Assembly (NCBI RefSeq): GCF_001194135.2
Contig: NC_068991.1
Location: 53,140,624-53,204,623 of the forward strand
Length of the DNA stretch: 64,000 nt
Reading direction: 5' to 3'
Source of the DNA: Octopus bimaculoides
Taxonomy: Eukaryota
Position numbers and translations under genes: made by a program. The notes below the pieces were generated by a model, which was given only the letters and a program-made list of their open reading frames with translations, did not search any database and was not told where the DNA came from. Shown here in pieces: positions 60,601-64,000 of the stretch (the first letter of the stretch is position 1; each line of letters begins with the position of its first letter).

Positions 60601-63029
60601 AATTTACAATAGTTCATACCAAAATATATTTTCCTTCCCCCACAGGGAATATTAATTTACTTTAATATATACAAAACGTAATATATACTTTATTTTTTAT
60701 CTGTGAAATTGCATTTATGAGCTTTTTTATTCATATTAGATTGCGTATAAAAAGTGACAGTTTATCAACGTATAATTATCTCTTGATTGTAATTTGAGGA
60801 AGATTTAGTCAATTATATCAATATTTATGAAATTATAAGTTTATTTCTGTTACATTTTATTTTCACTTATATGACGCATGTTGGCTAATTCTGTAGCATT
60901 CCTCTAAGTTATGTGTTAGAAGCATACTAACTAAAAATATTTCGGTCCCGACATGTTTCAATTTCTCGTGAGAGACGATTGCCCTGTCACAGAAGTTCAC
61001 TCTTCATCATCATCTATCCTACTGCACAATATTCTCTACTTTACGATCCTTGATTATTGTAAGTTAGCTAATTAATGAGTTTGCTACTGATTCTATGTGG
61101 ACTGCTGTTTGCAGCAAATATATATTTCAAGGTTTCTAAAACATTAAAGTGTGGGAGGAGGGGCATGGAAATTATTATTCTAAGTGTATTTCTCGATATC
61201 TCCCATGCAACTGAAATCTAATCCTGTAATCTTTGAAGTGGTTTATACACAGCTGAACTGCAGCTGTACAAGCAATAAATAAAATAAATCAATAAAAAAA
61301 TATTATTAATGGCGTTCTTGAGCCCCCTTGAAAAAAAAATTATTACCAATTTGTATATGTCCATCTGCCATTGAATATCCACAGCAAAAGAAGGGTAATT
61401 TAAAAAAAAAAAACTTCTTTGGCCTCTTTGCTTAAGATTGTAATTATGCTTTCTGATCATTAGCAAAACATTGAAACTAACTTCGTAGATACCCTGTAGT
61501 TATGTCCGTTCTATATCATATTCCTTGACTCAAATAACCCAGTAAACTTAAGTCACTACCGTTTTCATTTCACACACAATCAATGAATCTTTCCTAGATT
61601 CACATCATTAAGCCAACTTCTCTCACTACTACTTATGCACTGTCTCCAAGCAGACAAATGTTTTTGATTTCATAAGTACATCAAAGCAATCTGTTTAAAT
61701 TTTGTGGCTCCAGCTCATTAAAACATTACAATTACTACCTCACTTTCAAAACCTGTGCTTTTTCTCTCAACTAATGATTCTTTAAAAACAATAAACTAGC
61801 TGTAGATTGCTCTGCCTAACTCCTCCTGTTTTAATCAACCCTTCCATTTCTGTGGATCATAGCTATTACTCTTCTTCTTTAGAACTGCATCTCTGCTCAT
61901 CTTTTTTCACCAAACATTCAAGACTTGCTAAGAAACAGCAACTTTGGTTTAACTCTCCTGGGTAAACCTATCAGATCATGGGTCTGATGAATTAGAGCTG
62001 ACCTACACTACACAACAACAACAATAACTGTTATAAGTACTAAAGATGTGCAAAGAAGAGACAGGACACTAGTGACTGTTTCTATAGAAGTGAAATTCAC
62101 GGTGAATGTAATGAAGCAGACCATATGAAGATGACTTATTTACAAATAGAGAATCTTGAAAGAAGTAAATTCAGGAATATTAGGCTTTTATAAGAATCAA
62201 ACTATCTTGATGACAATAACATTGTTTATGAAGCGTCATTAAAAGAGATCAACAGTTATTAACAAAAATAGACTGAATAATAATTCTTAAAACGAAGGCA
62301 GACTAATTTTATAATAGTGTCATGAGAAATAAAAATAAAACAGTAAAAGAGAACAGTGTGATCCTAAAAACTTTTTCAGGTGAGAACTTATTAGCATTAG
62401 TTGTGTTGAAGGGAAAAATTAATGCACAGTGATAGTTAAAGTTAATATAATGAGGAAGATCATCTTTCAAGTGTGAAGATTTTGTTAGAATGTTAAAAAG
62501 TCAGAATCAATAAAATTTCTGCTGCCAAGCTTCCAGATGGTGAAAAGATACTAAAATGATAGGGAAATATGCTTCATGATAACTGGGAAATAGTGAAGTA
62601 GATCAAAATGAAGGTACATTTTAAGTGAGACACAGTATTAATGTTTTGGCAAAACAAGTAGAGTACCCTTAGTGATCAGACTTTGAGTTAAGGAATAAAT
62701 TAAGGGACGAAAGTATCTCGTGAATACTGAAGTACTTTGAGTTGGTAGTTATTGTGTGTGTGTGAAGATTTTGGATTATCATATCAGGAGAGATTTTTCA
62801 ATTGAAAAGTTTTTACAAATTGTAAGGAAAATCCAATTTTCCTTACAATTAATGAACTGTAGCAAATATATCGAATTTATGATTTTTCTTTTATCATTCC
62901 AACTACTATCTCTTTAATTTTTATCTTTTACTTATTTTGGTCATAGGACTGCGACTATGGTGGGACACTGCCTTCAGAGGTTTTTAGGCAAACAAATCAC
63001 ACCATATTGAGATATAAGCATAAATATAT

Positions 63030-63030
63030 G

Positions 63031-63123
<93 letters not shown>

Positions 63124-63127
63124 ATAT

Positions 63128-63160
<33 letters not shown>
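63030..63160. repeat. Compound (CA)n(TA)n microsatellite
   Basis: Direct reading. Confidence 0.95.
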
Positions 63161-63161
<1 letters not shown>

Positions 63162-63743
63162 GAGGGAAAATAAGGTACTCAGAGATCTGGATGGTTGTAC
63201 ATTTACAGATTTTTATTAATATGTCACATGTTTTTATAAATCATATATTAGCACTTACATCTACTCTAGTAGATTCTTCAGATTTAAATTTTTTGAGGAG
63301 ATTCGTCTCTTTTTATAGTATTATTGAGTGTGTGGGGTGGAGAGAGATATAGGATAGTAAAAGAAGGTGAGAAATTGAGAGAGAGTGTGTGTGTGTGCCT
63401 GTGTATCTGAAAGGAGTGTCAATGGAAAAGAGAAGAAAAAAAAGTGTTTACATCTATACAGCTGGTCAGTTCTTTCAAAAGAAGATAACAAGTTGATTCT
63501 TGGCCTTTAAAAATGGCAAAACCAGGTGGCTATTCTAAGAGGATGGAGTCTTGTTTTGATAAAAGTTATTTTTAAAAAATTGTCTGGATTTATTATCATC
63601 ACCATCATCATTGTCCAGTGAGAGAGAGAGTGTGTGTGTGTGTTTAATACAAAATTATAGTTTACAAAATTGGTCCTTCATCCAGTAAAAATCATTACAG
63701 AAATAGTGATATTTCACCAGTCACAGCTATATATATATATATG

Positions 63744-64000
63744 CCCAGAATTAGACAGGCTTGGAGGAGAAGGGTGTGGAAGCTTAAAGACCCTGCAAAC
63801 GGACAGAGACTTAGAGACAAGTTACTTGAAGCATTTAACGAAATAGAAGGGGATATAGCATCATACAACGTGGAAGACAATTGGAGATTTCTGCGGGACA
63901 ACCTGTTGAAAGTCACCAACCAGATTTGTGGGTGGTGTAAGGTCCCCTCCCGACCCAGAGTAACGTGGTGGTGGAACAAGGAGGTAGACAGGGCTATTAG
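63744..64000 (+). mobile_element. 5'-truncated RTE LINE, continues past the window
   Basis: Stop-free frame RIRQAWRRRVWKLKDPANGQRLRDKLLEAFNEIEGDIASYNVEDNWRFLRDNLLKVTNQICGWCKVPSRPRVTWWWNKEVDRAI (endonuclease-RT linker); starts right after a (TA)n. Confidence 0.82.

Overview
AT-rich eukaryotic (metazoan) genomic DNA. The dense tRNA-derived and RTE-tailed SINE families, RTE LINE and Penelope relics and TA/CA microsatellites resemble an octopus (coleoid cephalopod) assembly; this is an inference, and there are four N gaps. One gene is securely recognised: a Bicaudal-D (BICD) dynein adaptor on the minus strand, with coding exon 1 at 59980-60237 and a 2.2 kb exon 2 starting at 51417. Exon 2 has two competing 5' splice sites and a plausible chain of small downstream exons to about 34450. 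A second, unrecognised multi-exon gene is suggested on the plus strand: a core of three phase-compatible exons at 20243-21356, with further candidates from 8.8 kb to 34.4 kb. It would converge on the BICD 3' end. The rest is mobile DNA: a DD37E-type Tc1 element with long TIRs, a second Tc1 relic, a 241 bp non-autonomous Helitron, a piggyBac-like MITE, RTE and Penelope fragments, and many nested SINEs. The most unusual non-coding signal is a Penelope-associated 149 bp fold-back carrying a minimal type I hammerhead ribozyme with a variant core (13724-13769). I see no clear evidence of a wholly new multi-gene system. The best leads are the ribozyme fold-backs, the BICD C-terminal splicing, and the unrecognised convergent gene.
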